A stretch of 64,000 nucleotides of DNA from assembly GCA_964247055.1 (NCBI GenBank), contig OZ176051.1, forward strand, positions 4,650,001 through 4,714,000, written 5' to 3'. The translations under genes were made by a program, and so were the position numbers. The stretch is from Paragordius varius (Eukaryota; Animalia; Nematomorpha). Below the pieces are notes generated by a model. The model was given only the letters and a program-made list of their open reading frames with translations. It did no database searches and was not told the DNA's origin. Of the stretch, positions 26,695 through 40,110 are shown piece after piece; position 1 is the first letter of the stretch, and every line of letters starts with the position of its first letter.

Positions 26695-27107
26695 ATTACT
26701 ATTGACGAAGGGTTTCACATATCGTTTATAATTTCTATTTATAATTTCATTTAATTGTATTTAATTATCCTTTATCATTATATTACGGATTTTAACAACT
26801 GTTATTACAAAACATAACCAATCCGTCATTACCATTACAATATCATCTTTATCTTATGTTTCTTATCATAATAGAGTGCTTCTTAGTTATTAAATTGATT
26901 TCTATGAAATCCCTAAGTAGCTATACTCTAAATCTAGGCTCACCCCTAGAGTTAATTTTCAGTTTATTTTCAAATTTTCAGTTTAATTTTCATAAATTAC
27001 TTTAAATTTAATTTAAATCGTATAACCAACTGCATTTATACCAAAATTGCAAAGTTGGATATATATACGAAATCGATATGTGAAAACTCCAAGTCAAATA
27101 GTTGTGT

Positions 27108-27146
27108 CGTACTGATGAGTGCTAACAAGCACGAAACTAGTCTGCG
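27108..27146 (+). ncRNA. Minimal type I hammerhead ribozyme, predicted cleavage after C27142
   Basis: Core identical to 4291-4329. Helix I extends through GUCAA/UUGAC, UAGU/ACUA and CGAUAUGUGAAA/UUUCACAUAUCG. Confidence 0.9.
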
Positions 27147-29320
27147 ATTACTATTGACGAAGGGTTTCACATATCGTTTATAATTTCTATTTATTTTAAT
27201 ATTAATTTATTTTCTTTATATTTAATTAATTTTATTTTTTACGAAAATAAAAAACAGAAATAACGTGTGCTAAATTTTTGATTTTAATGTAGGAAAATTT
27301 TTCTACATTTCAAAGAAATTTTTATTGCATTCGTTTTTTGTATTTAAGCAAGCCTTTCACACAAACTTCATATACCTATTCTTTTCCTTGTTCCTGCATC
27401 TTTTATAACTCATTACCATAAAATATTTTTCAAATCAACATCACTATATTTCGACCTGTTTTTATATATCATAATTTAAATTATATTCCTAATTTTTGAA
27501 AAAAATTACATAATATTTAAACATAAATTTAAAGGATTACCTGTAATGCTAAAACGTAAATTATCCGATAAATCGCCCCTTAAAAAGAATGGGAAGAAAA
27601 ATTATTTGTCAAAATAAAAATGTTGTTACCTGCCTTATATGTAAGGACAACATAATTATAAAAAAATACAATTTTGAAAGACATTTTACAATACATAAAT
27701 CTCATAAATTACCGAACGATAAAAAAGATTAAGGAATTATATCAGAAAGTAAAATCTATTATGTCCATAGCTTTCTCCCAAGAAAAAAGATGTAACATTA
27801 GCTTCGTATGAAATTCGATCTATTTTAGGAAAAAATATAAACCGTTTACTGATTCCCATCTAATAAAAAAATGTCTAATAAATGGTTTCACTATTTTATT
27901 TGAATAAAGTTAATCCATGGCAGAGAATTCAACCGCCATAAATTCAAAAACCTTCTGAAAGATATCCACAGTTAGTTTAATGATCTTCTTTTGTACACCG
28001 CTATAAGATAGCTAAGCCTAAAGTATTAAATAGATTTTTTAAGACATAAAATTCTATTATTTATAAAAGATAACATAAAGTTTGATGATGAAATTATTAG
28101 TGACAAATGGTGGGTTTTATTAACCTACCTTTAAGACATTACTTATAAACATAGTATTAATACAAGTCTACAAAGGAGCAAAATAATAACCCAATTTGCT
28201 AATCAAATATCTGTTTGAAGAAAAATAAATAATTTATAAATAAGGTTTATTAATAAAAACTCCTATATTTTCCAACACTTAAAACGATTCATGAAGAAAA
28301 TATGGAATTTACCGCGATTAGTTTAATAATAGACAATCATTCAACTTTTTGTCTAGAGCTGAAATTCAGATTTCAACAATTAAGAAATATTAAAAATTGC
28401 TTAAAAATCGTTGAAAATCCATGGCTTATGGATATATCCAATATTAATCAACTTGAGCATTTCGGTTTTGATCAGGCGCATACCATTGAAGAATTTGTAG
28501 ATTTTAAAAATAATTTCAATTTGGGGCTCTATTCAAGCAGAGAGAAGAAAGATATGTAGTGTTTTGGCAAGATGTGCAAATAAATATAAAATGTAAAAAA
28601 ATGTGCTCAAGTTATCTAACTGTTTTACCCTCATCTTACATGTGTGTAAGCGGCATATTCAAAAATGAAGTAAATCGCTTACCGATGATCATATGGACGA
28701 CGTATTAAGATTGGCCTGTCATGAGACGAAACCAAATTTCTCAATAATTATTGGTTAATATCAAAATAAATGTTGTTATCAAAATATTTTAATTTTTTAA
28801 ACTAAATGGTGCAAAACGAGTTTTTAGCTGGGATCCGCAAAAAATTCATTGTGCTGATTTAGAGTTGAAATAAGTGCATATGTGTCGAATAGCTATGGAA
28901 TTTTTGCCATTATAAGGCTCATGGCAACAAAAAATATTTTATTTGGCCCGTCAGATATTTTTGGTGAGTACCACTCTAAGTAAAATCAAACTAAAAAACT
29001 TTTTCCGAATGTAGGCATTGAGATAGCAGCAATTATAATAAATATTAGTTACATTGTGTTTGTAAGTTTTTTTGCAATTTTATTTAAAATCTAATAAAGT
29101 ATTTATTGTCCATATATTTTGCAGGCCAGTCTTTTCGAGCCAAAAATGCGGCCCACGAGGCATTTTTCTTAGGTAGCCTGGTTATTAAATTTTATTTATT
29201 TAACAAAAAACTATTTTAAGCAAAATTTATTTCGAAAATATTTAAAATATTTTGTGGAAATAATAACCTGCCATCAATTTAATTAATATGCATTATTTAA
29301 TATATTAATTTATAAAACCA

Positions 29321-29601
29321 TAGGGGGTGTCCAACACAATTGGCTTCACGGGCCGCATTTTCGGGTCGAAAAATGCGACAAGGCACATTCGCAAAATATA
29401 TGTGCATTAAAAAATATTTATTAAATATAAAATATGACTGTAATAACTACTATTTATTTTAACATTTTTTGTTAATTAATTGACAATATTTGGATTAATT
29501 CAGAAAGTTGGTTTAACATTCAATTATACTTAGATTTTGTAATTGAAATTTCTAGTGCGCAGACAGACATATTTTGGAGGGCCGCGTGTTGAACACCCTT
29601 G
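29321..29601. mobile_element. hAT-type MITE
   Basis: AGGGGGTGTCCAACAC ... GTGTTGAACACCCTTG termini with subterminal GGGCCGCA motifs. Confidence 0.65.
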
Positions 29602-29835
29602 CCATAACTTAAAGTATTGCCTAGGTAGTAAAATACATCAATATAAATTATCTCAAATGCCCTCATCTTACCACATAGGTTAATCGCTATTTTGAAAAAC
29701 GACTTTCATAACCATATTTTGTTTGAGCTAAACTGTGTCCATAGGTAGAGACAACGTTTGAACCGAATTGCAATATAGGCTAAAGGTTGTAATAATTAAA
29801 TCTTATTACCTCCTTGTCTATAGCTTGTACTATTG

Positions 29836-30073
29836 CAGGGGTGTCACATCGCTCACAAAGTCTTTGTAAAATTGATTTTTCTTGAATAAATATTGAGAAT
29901 AGGTCTTTATAACTGGCAACGAAGTAGAAAGGTTATTATATTGTATTTGCATTTTATAATCTTAGGTTTTTAATCTAATAAAATATTAATTAATGGCCGT
30001 TTCCCCGAATGCGCTCGTCGCTTTTTTGAGCGGAAAATGTGGCCCGCTAAGCCATTTATGTTGGACACCCCGG
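29836..30073. mobile_element. hAT-type MITE
   Basis: CAGGGGTGTC ... GACACCCCGG termini; flanks TACTATTG and AACTATTA resemble a decayed 8-bp target-site duplication. Confidence 0.6.
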
Positions 30074-31019
30074 AACTATTATTACTATAAGTTATTGCAA
30101 GGAAAATATTTTAATGAATTATAGCTATTTTTATGAATAGGTAGAAATAAAATTGGTAATTTGATAAATAAAAAAATGGTTTATTTTCTCACACAATGGC
30201 TCTTGTAATGTTCACCCCAACATACCAAATAAGATAACGATAAAAAACAGTTTGTTGGTTAGATTACACCAAACACAATTTTTATGGCGCTTCCCTTGCA
30301 TCGGATTTAAACCAATATCCGTGTTTTAGTTCTAATTTTTAAATATAAAGTTTAACGTATATTAACATTTGAAATGTTTATCCTTACCAATTTATTGACG
30401 TTAATTAGTATAAGAAATTACTGGACATCAAACCTTCTTGATTCAGCATTAAACTGATTCACGGATAACTTTAATTTAAAAATTTATTGTAAATATAATT
30501 ATTACGATAAATTAAACATTTTACATTCAAATTTATTATGAACATATTGGATAATGCAAGAAAATATCAAAAATCTGAAATATTTTTATTAACATTATAC
30601 AATTATAGGTGGGCGATGAGGATTCATTGGTGTAGGAATATGCAAACATACATATATGGGTCAAAAACAAAAATTAAATAATTTTAATTTATAAAATTAG
30701 TTGTATCAGCGAGAGGGCTCTCCTAGCAATTCAATCAACATATTACAATATTGTAAAGAATCAAAAGTTTAGTTATATGGAATGATGGATGATATATCAT
30801 ACAAATATTTTCAATGTGTATTTATTAATGAGCATTGTGAAAATAATTATACGTATGTATTTATGTGGTCCCCTGGTGTTCAAAGAATTTTTTGGCGTTT
30901 TTACATTGGAACTTATTGGACTAAAAAGATATTATCACATATTATATATTTGATTTTATTGATAGAAAAACTTCCTTTTTCATAGCGTGTATAGTATATG
31001 GTAAAAGCAAGTATATTTA

Positions 31020-34000
31020 TTAATTTTTCAAAATCTTTGCAGCACGCATGTTGGCTTGTTCTATTCTAGATTCATTTGATGTGGCCTATAATAAATATTT
31101 AATTAAAAATTGATATTGTTTAAAAAAATATAGCAAAGCTGGCTCTATATGAAATATAAAATTAACATCATTGTTCTATCAATATATAATGGTAATCCTG
31201 AGATTGTACCATTTTTAGATTAGCTATTTCAATAATAATATTTTACCTATAGCAAAAAACTATTTTTATATATTAAATACTCGTTGATAATTTAATATAT
31301 TCGAAATATTAATCATTAAATATTAACATTATTTAAATTAAGGTATAAGACCAAAATAAATAGAAACAATTTAAGTTTGAAATTATGAATTAGGCATAAA
31401 AAATAAATTATTATATGTATTTTAATAATAATATTTTTAGATTCATGATATGTTCTAAATAATAAAAAAGTTTGCCAAATTGCATCTTTATTACCTATTT
31501 CGAACCCTAAACGGTAGGTTATTATGAAAACAAGACACAAAAAATTTCTTGACAAATAAACAAGTTTTTTACTTTTTATGTTTTGTCTTTATAAATTTAT
31601 TTTTTACTTTAAAAACTAAGGTATGCACAAATTTAGCCGTCTATAAAAAACTGATTACAATTATAATGAGACCGTTTGTTGAAAAACCATAAAAATAAAG
31701 AAAATCGGTTCATATTAAGAAAAGCCATTTTTTCCTTTAAACCTATCCATGAACGCTAAAGCTCTCTATTAAAGCTACAATTATTATTTGAATATTATTT
31801 TTTAAAACTATAGCATACTTTTTGATTGATTCGATCAATTTGTCGGTTTTGTGATTCAATTTCGCTGCCCATATCGATGGCCATATTCCGTAAGTTTCCA
31901 ACCATACCACTAACCTGTTCTATATTTTCTTCCATTTCGTCTTCCCGGGCATCGTGTGTAATTCTGTAATAAATTTGGTTATAATTATCATATAATAACT
32001 TTTGCGTTTTTGTTTCTATCTAGGGTTGGGATTTTAACCAATGAAGATAAAAGATCTAATTCCACATAGACGAAAAATTTACGGTCATATCCAGTCAATT
32101 AATGTACCAAATGTAAATGAATGTTGAAACTCAATAAAATAAAATTAGCCAATAAAATTATAAAAATCGTAAGTTTTACGATATCTTTAGCATATATTTT
32201 ATATCATTTGATAAATATAAATTCGATAATAATTGGTTATTTTAAAAAGCGGTCCTAAACCCGAGAATGAATTCATTAATAATCGACCTAACACCTGACA
32301 TAGAAAAACGACGGTACCCCTCTCCTTTTATAACATAAATACTCATTACTAATTAATTCACGTAAAAATTCCTTAAAAGAACTTCTCTGATATAATAGGC
32401 AGAAAATGCAAAATGTTTTTAAAAATACTTTGTAATAAATCCGGAGGAAGGACCAGCACCATTTCGTTCATCCATAACACGTGGGACACCACCTGTTATT
32501 TTGCCGTCATCAGACGATTTCCAAGTTTTTTGGTATTCGGATCCTTTTTCAAAATTTTTTCTAAACAATGAAATGAAAAAAGAAGAAATAAGTAACGTAA
32601 TATTCGATAACATTTTGCTTAGCTTGCTTGACAATTAACATAAAAACACGAAAGCGAAATTAAAGCCAGAATCCAATAATGGTAAGAAAAAATAGAGAGG
32701 AATAAACACAAAATAATTTTAATATAAACTATATTAGATATTTTTACACATCAGTGACATGTAATTAATATGTAAATCATTATAGTTTGGAGTCCAAAAC
32801 GTCAAATATAAGAAAGTTTAAGGTATTATAATGTTGTATTAAACCATAAAAACCAAACCAAACTAGCTAAAAAGTGAATAATGGTAAATAAAGGCTAATA
32901 TACAATCAAAACACATTAAGAAAAAATATTTATCTAGATAAACCACTAAAGTTTTCAAAAAAAATCTAGCAGACTAATTTTTAGCGACATTATTATATAT
33001 AACATTTTCTAGACTATCAAACAATCGACAAACAGTGGCATGCAAATGACATGCAATCATTATTTTTACAAAATTATCTATAAGTAAGAAATCACTAAGT
33101 TTTAAGTGTTAAATATACAAGTTTAGAGTAGATAGATGGTAGGGTAGACAAGACTGAAAGGAAAATAAACTAAATACAACTTGCTCCAAGGACACATGCA
33201 AAGGCCGCAAAACTTTTCCAATCCAGTCAAATTTTTTTCGGCTTCACGCATATCTGTGTTGATTTGGTCCATGCCCTCTTCGATTCGGTCAAGTTGTTCT
33301 ACATAAATATTTAATCTATACTATCACAGTAAAATTGGAATTATAAAGACAAAACGTAAAAAAATATATTTTTTGACAAGACAATCATACTTTTTAACTT
33401 TGATTTTTCCTTCATAAGTTTGATAATTACAATTTTGAAATATATTACTGTGTTTGTGTGAACAATTTACATGCCTATTCCCTTAGTTTGAAACCCAAAA
33501 CAATGAGTGATATTTAAAAAAATAAGATTTAAAAAAGTATGGTTTTTGGGTTTTACGTTTTGTCATGGAATTTCAATATAGTTGTAGTATTATTTTATGT
33601 TATAATAAATATGGAGAATGAATCACAATGTGAGTAATAATAATACATTGTTTGGTAGTTTTACACGCCAGATAGCATTGAACTAAAAAAAATGTTATTG
33701 GTTCAAAGTTTGTTTGGTATATAAAAATGATATTAATTCGCATTTTCATTATTTTAGCCTACAATATTGCTCTTTAGTGTATCTGCCTGAAAATTGTTAA
33801 CTAATAAACTAACAAAGTTTTTTTACTCATACTGTAAATTATAAAAAATTTATTATGTAATTGTTGGTAAAAGGACATTAAGCTTTTTATAAAAAAACCA
33901 GCAATCTAAGCAATCTTACAGATAGTGTTATCAATTAACCAAATAATATACCTCCTTGTTCATCTAACATTACCAATGTCCGTATGCCTGCATCTTTACT

Positions 34001-36129
34001 CTAAAATATTTTATACATAATTATAAAAAGAGTGTAATATACAAAATTTAACTTAAAAAAGTGCATGTTAAGAGGTAAAAAATAAAAAATAAACTATAAA
34101 TATTTAAATTTAAAGGGTATAAAAACTAATATACCTCTTCGCACATGTTTAGCATATTTCTGGTACTTTCCAAAGACTAAATATATAAAATAATAGATTA
34201 GTAATAATGTATATTTATGGATATATAAATATATAAATCGGTTGATTGCTTAAGCGTTAAGAAATACTTTGATTGAAACATCGATACATAGGGGCGGCCC
34301 TCCATTATTTTCTATAAAAGAGGATGGGGTACGATACACACTGTTATCGGTCTGAGAATAAGGTAAATTTTTTATCTGTTGTCCATTAGGCTTTAAGGTT
34401 TTACTCTTTACGAATTTTTCATGAGGTGTCATACAATAAAAGTTGGAATAAGACACAAGGTATAATAACGAGAAAAAAGCAACGTTGAAACGGATTCGAT
34501 TGAGCCAAAAATCAAAATTTAAATAAGCCCAAGTACCCGGGATAATCATATTTGTGATGAGAATAAAAGATTCACATGATTGAAACGAAATCAAAAATAT
34601 ACTCACATTTGGTTGAACATTTTGGAGAAATATTAATAAACAAGGAAAAATATTATATGTTTTTTGCAAATTAGCGTAACAATATAAATCAAAACATCCT
34701 AACATATCTTATCATTTCTATGGTTGTATGTATTTTGCGTGCACCACAAAAAATTATATGTTTTCCTCTCATTTTTGTTTAATGATAACTGTTCTTTAGT
34801 ATGGCACAGTTAAATGGTGGTTAGATCACAATCAGTCTTTCATTACACAACTTAATTAAATAGCCTAATCTAGTAAAGTAGCCTAACTTAGATGTCCAGC
34901 AAAGATACTAAAGCAGAGATCACAAGATAGATAAAAGGTAAGTAACTCTTTCTTCACCTTGCTCATTTGATTATCCAGCTATGTTGCATCAAATATTCAG
35001 TCACAGATACCAATTAAAAAGATTGTGCAGCTAATAAAGTGCTTATTATCAAATAAGGCGATATATATCTATGAAAATATAAGTACAAGAAAAAAAATAA
35101 AAGTATTAGGCCAGTGGCATATCGAGAAGTAGGAAGGGGTGAATACATAACCCGGGCAGAGGTTCCCATTTATTAATTTTTGAAAATTTATTCACAAGTT
35201 TGCTTTTTTATGCCAAAGAGATTATTATTTGGAAACGCAATGTAAAAAAGGGAGCCTGTATTTCAATATGTGCAAGTATCCAATTTTTAATATTAAAATA
35301 CACCGGAAATACTTGGTTGTTAAATTAAATTATAAATAGATGAGAACCATTTATTTTAATATTCCGTACAAGAAATTTTAAAAGTAAAATTAACAATCTT
35401 CAATCTATAATTGTAAACACTTAAGCAAACGCAATAAAAAAAGTTTTGAAACAAATGTCCTTTAGGATTAGATTTTTACCGGTCAAAAAAAAAAAAGCAT
35501 TCTGATCGCTTAAAATATACAGTAATTCTGGCCATAAGCCTTCATCATTACCAAAATGTAAAATATATAGTCATGTATAAACTAAAAATATATTAAAAAA
35601 GATACTATATTTTCAATTTCAAAAGTGCAAAATGAAAAAATTGCCAATAATTATACCTATTTTTAAAATTAGCCAAACCATACAAATACTTATGGTTTGA
35701 TTGACCGGTTGAAAAAACATCCAGCTAAAAACTTCCAAAGATATGTTTTTTATGTGAAAATTAATCGGATAAGAAACCTAAAATTTAATATTAAATAATT
35801 GTAATAATTTAATTTAAAAAAAATATTTTCTAATGTATGATTTTAAGATTATTAATATCAATTTGAACGGTTAACTTAATTTTGTTTGGTTTATTTGCAA
35901 CAAATATATTAGCGGTAATAATTATTTCACCATGAAAGAAACATTTATAAGCGAGGGTAGCAGACCGATTATGCTTTTTTGAACAGTAAACTCCAAAACT
36001 CAACACCCTATCTCAAAAATCTAAATATGTTTGAAATTATTTTAAGAATTGCATATTTACCTCATCCGTTTTGGCATTCATTTTGAGTTGGAGTTCCTGT
36101 AACTCACGGCGCATTTGATCGTCCGACAT
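31020..36129 (-). CDS. SNAP25: SNAP-25, 206 aa; exons 36129-36061, 34176-34135, 34000-33952, 33298-33181, 32560-32429, 31963-31819, 31085-31020
   Basis: [57 protein letters not shown], Cys cluster FCGLCMCPW, and [42 protein letters not shown]. Confidence 0.97.
34250..35040 (-). pseudogene. Degenerate membrane-protein (possibly GPCR-like) segment nested in SNAP-25 intron 1
   Basis: A 151-codon open frame (34250-34705) with two hydrophobic stretches ending SYSNFYCMT...F, preceded by a stop-interrupted [14 protein letters not shown]...[14 protein letters not shown]. Confidence 0.25.
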
Positions 36130-37077
36130 GGTTGTGTTCAAGGTTTACGTGTGATTACTAAAAATACCAAAAGATAAATAGAGAATCAATTATTTTATAT
36201 CTAATATACTATAAAAATTTAAGAATATAAGATTTTCACAGATTGCGAAACTCGTTCAAATAAAACGGGAAAATTTATTTTAAGATCCTGATATAAAAAA
36301 ACCGGCTTGGTTCCTTAGATCCAAAAAAAGGTTGGAACCAAACAGAGTGTCCCCTTAATAGGACAGTGGAATCAGAATTACAATGGAAATACTAAGGGTT
36401 AAATTTAGATGTTTCGATATTGTTTAATTTATTAAGTTAAGACAATGTTGATTTGTTTCAGTAATAAAATTTACTTACTATATAGCAATAAGCAGTAATA
36501 CTTTTGGAGAGGAAAATCGATGATAAGATTGTGATATTGGTATTGGGATAGGATATTCAAAGATATTTTCAAAAAACTTATTTGTTAGGTTCTATCGGGT
36601 TGTCTTTTAATTTACCAAGGTAAAAAGTATAAATCATGGAATGAAGCATATTGCGATGATTGATCACAGAAGTGGTGTTGAAATAAATTAGAATCCATAA
36701 AATTAAATATAATTTATGATTTATTATGAATATGCGATAGCGATGATGTATACATTAATATGTTAAATGTTCAAATTGGTTGGCGATCAAGATCAATGAT
36801 GATAAACAAAGGATGAAATTTCTATACAAATATATAAATGATATTAAAAAATGCCGTTTTCTTGTGATAGATATAAAAAATTTAAATATAAAATAATGTC
36901 TTAAATATACAAAATTTCATAGATAATTTCTAATATAATTAAAAATCATCGTTAATATATATAGAGTAATTTTATAATTACTGCCAATTATTTAGGTGCA
37001 GGTGGTTTAAAGTAGTGTTAAATTTTTTTAGTAATATTCAAAACTATAGAAAAAATATAAATACATTCAGTCTAATA

Positions 37078-37080
<3 letters not shown>

Positions 37081-37156
<76 letters not shown>
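37081..37156. repeat. (TA)38 microsatellite
   Basis: Direct reading of the sequence. Confidence 0.97.
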
Positions 37157-37157
<1 letters not shown>

Positions 37158-37476
37158 GTTTAAAATTAATTTACTAGTTAAATAGTATGATATGATATTT
37201 TGAATTTATAATGAAGATGCTATTTTAGAGAAAAAATAGTTATATATATATGGTGTTTTATAGCTCTATATAAACATCATTCATTTGACCACCACGTGAT
37301 AAAATAACGCGAGTATAGAATTATAAAGAAACGCTAAACAGAACAAACAACCAAAACCAATATTCTTTAACATATAATTTTGTAAAAAAAAACTGCTAAA
37401 AACTATTTTTGACAAAAGCTATTAGCTAAGTTTTATCAGTACTAAAAAGCATAATCTAAAATGTAATTATCTATTA

Positions 37477-37767
37477 CAGGGGTGTCCAAAACAAATGGTT
37501 TTGCGGGCCGAATTTTTAACTTAAAAAACTGGCGGGCCGCATTCAAAAACAATATGTAGGTATTCATAAATATCTTATTTGATTTCTAGCCTAAGACTGT
37601 AAAAAGGCAAACGGAAAACAATGTTTTTTATTTGTTGCTGATTGGATTGGATAAACTCATTCAATAAATTAGTATGAGAAACATCAATTTTACTAAGATT
37701 TTGTGGGCATAATTTTGCAAATAGTGAATAATCAATTTTTTCGCGGGCCACATGTGGGACACCCTTC
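37477..37767. mobile_element. hAT-type MITE
   Basis: CAGGGGTGTCCAAA ... GGACACCCTT termini, GCGGGCCG/GCGGGCCAC subterminal motifs, TCTATTA on both sides. Confidence 0.65.
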
Positions 37768-39068
37768 TATTATACAATGAATATTTGCGAAAAAAAATGA
37801 CGAAACCTGGCTAAAATTTTTTTAAAAAAAGTACTCTATTCTATATAAATTATAAATGCAAAAACTTCAAAAACAGCATTTTTGAGGGAATCTGGTTATG
37901 TCATATATATAAAAGCCATGTCATTTAAGTTTTCACTAACTTTGTATGGCTTTCAACAATTATATAAATTAATTTTGAACAAGATGCCTTACTATATGGT
38001 ATTTATGCAGAGTTTAATTTATCCAATATATTTCAGCATGTACTAATGTCCAAATAATTTTTGGTAAGAGGGAGGAATAGAGCACAGTAAAGTGGACAAA
38101 ATCAATAAAACGTGGAAAATTACAAAAAACAAAATTTATATTCCAAGCAAAAATAAAAATTTTGGTTTCCCTATCAGTAAAACTATATTTTTAAAATATT
38201 ATTGGTTTAATTATGTTGTAGTAGAAATGTATTTCGTTAAAAATAATGAATTCCAATAAGTGCTAAAATTATAAAAATTATTAATCAAAGAAAAAACAAA
38301 CATATTTTTGGATATATGCAATATAATAAAAAAGATAATTGCTATATGGGAAAAGGAATATTGTAAAATAAAATTATTGTTAATCTGATTTATTTGTAAT
38401 AGGGAAGAAACATACCGAAAATCAATAACAAAAATATGGAAATAAATATATGATTTATACAAAAAACCCTAAAAATTGTAATTTTTTTGAATATATAATA
38501 TTTAAATTTCATAAAAATAATTGATAATTAAACATTTTTAGCTAATTTGATTTAATTTTATAAAAATAAATTAAAATCTACCTAATGCGAATCGTTGCCC
38601 ATCTACATATGAATAAGCGTATGATTACTTTTTCTCATGTTGTTTTGCAGATATAATATATATATATAAATATTATGTTTGTAGGGTAAGTATGGTATAA
38701 CATATTCATCATAAAAAACACAAAAATAATTTTTAGCATTTTATAAAATAGTAAAATTGCATTGAGAGTTGGTCTTGTGTGGTATACACTTTACCATATT
38801 GTTTTTTCTAGACGATTTTGGGGTAATTTTGTAACTTTAAGCTTATGTTTGAAACTAATCTACTTTTTAAAAGGTTGTTTTGATTAAATTATTAAAATTG
38901 TTTTCTTATGGGTAAAAACATATCTTTTTGTTGTTTTACAGTTCGAAATTGGGATAGCTCCAAAACCTTGATTAGAATAAATAGCTTTTAACATTAACGT
39001 TGGATACATCATATTCATTTCAGTCCTTCGATTCAAATTGTCTAGTTATATAACCCAGGCCTGTTTAA

Positions 39069-40110
39069 CACTTGGATACAACACACTCATTTTAGTCCTT
39101 CGATTCAAATTGGGGTAGTTAAATACCCCAGGCCTGTTTAAAATCAAATACTTTAAAAAATATGGAAGGAATCGAAACCACGGCAAAATTTTGCACCTAT
39201 CTAACATCAATAAACCTAAATATATAAAAAATTTATTTCAAAAATACTTGATATAACTTATTTTAAGCTAAAACCGAAAGGTAAAAATTTCGCCAACGTG
39301 ACATGTGTCAAATGGTAAAATTAAAAAATAATACAAAATAAACCGCTTTTTATACTTCTATCAATGTTAGATGTAATTTATATTAAAAATTAGCTTTAGT
39401 TTTACTCTTAAAATTAAATGAAGACGATATTTTGCAAAAATTTTGTAAAATAAAAATGGCGGCGAAGTAGTTTGAGATGAAACTTTTTTTTCAAAACAAA
39501 ATTTTATCAAAATATTTTGGCATATTTATGTAATTTTTATCAGGATAGAAGCATAAATTTAAATTGGGACCGTTTCCTTCAGTAGTTTTTTAAAAATATT
39601 AAATTAAATTTAGTCTGGGGTATTTAGATACCCCAATTTGAATCGAAGTGTTAAATAATATTTAAAAAAATATGGAATAATTGAAACCATAGCAAACGTT
39701 TGCGCTTATATAACATTAATGAACCGAAATATAAAAAAAACCATTCAAAAATGCTATTACTTATTTTAAGGTAAAACTTAAATGTAAAAATTTAGCCTAA
39801 AAAATGCAAAATATACGACTTTTTCTCTTTATATCATTGTTAAATATGATAAAAAATGGTAAACATTTTTAAGCTTAGAATCAAATAAATGCAATATTTC
39901 GCAAATGTTTTTGTAAAATCAAAATGGCGTATAGAAAACTTCTTTTTTCAAAATTCGTTTTTATTTAGATATTTTGTCTTATTTATATAATTTATTAGGA
40001 TAGTAGCAAATTTTAAATTGGAACCGTTTTTTTCAGTAGTTTTTAAAAATATTAAACTAAATATTGTCCAGTGTATTTAGATACCCCAAATTGATTCGAA
40101 ATGTTAAATA
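39069..40110. mobile_element. TTAA-flanked MITE (full copy 39069-39650) followed by a more decayed tandem copy
   Basis: TTAA-CACTTGGATAC ... ATCGAAGTG-TTAA, homologous to 8990-9536 and 14295-14848. Confidence 0.75.

Larger units (their letters stand above)
26339..27192. mobile_element. Hammerhead-bearing repeat cluster: inverted copy 26339-26660 plus partial tandem 26661-27192
   Basis: 26339-26525 is the near-perfect reverse complement of 26661-26843; hammerhead cores on + are 452 nt apart; no ORF. Confidence 0.85.
26213..28976 (+). mobile_element. Decayed hAT (Buster/SPIN/GTF2IRD2-like) DNA transposon
   Basis: TIRs CAGTGGTACTCA / TGAGTACCACTC, TCTAAGT at both ends, subterminal GCGGCCCGCGGGCCACATGCGG. 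Transposase relics include EWEEK...TCLICKDNIIIKKYNFERHF and NRLPMIIWTTY-frame-shifted DDHMDDVLRLA near the C-terminus. Confidence 0.75.

Noticed and set aside
26339-27192. An autonomous Penelope element
   Set aside because: No RT or GIY-YIG coding remnant adjoins the ribozymes; the nearby coding relics are hAT transposase.
34363-34389. 27-nt GT-AG segment on the plus strand in SNAP-25 intron 1
   Set aside because: No open plus-strand frame leads into it; such segments arise by chance in AT-rich DNA.
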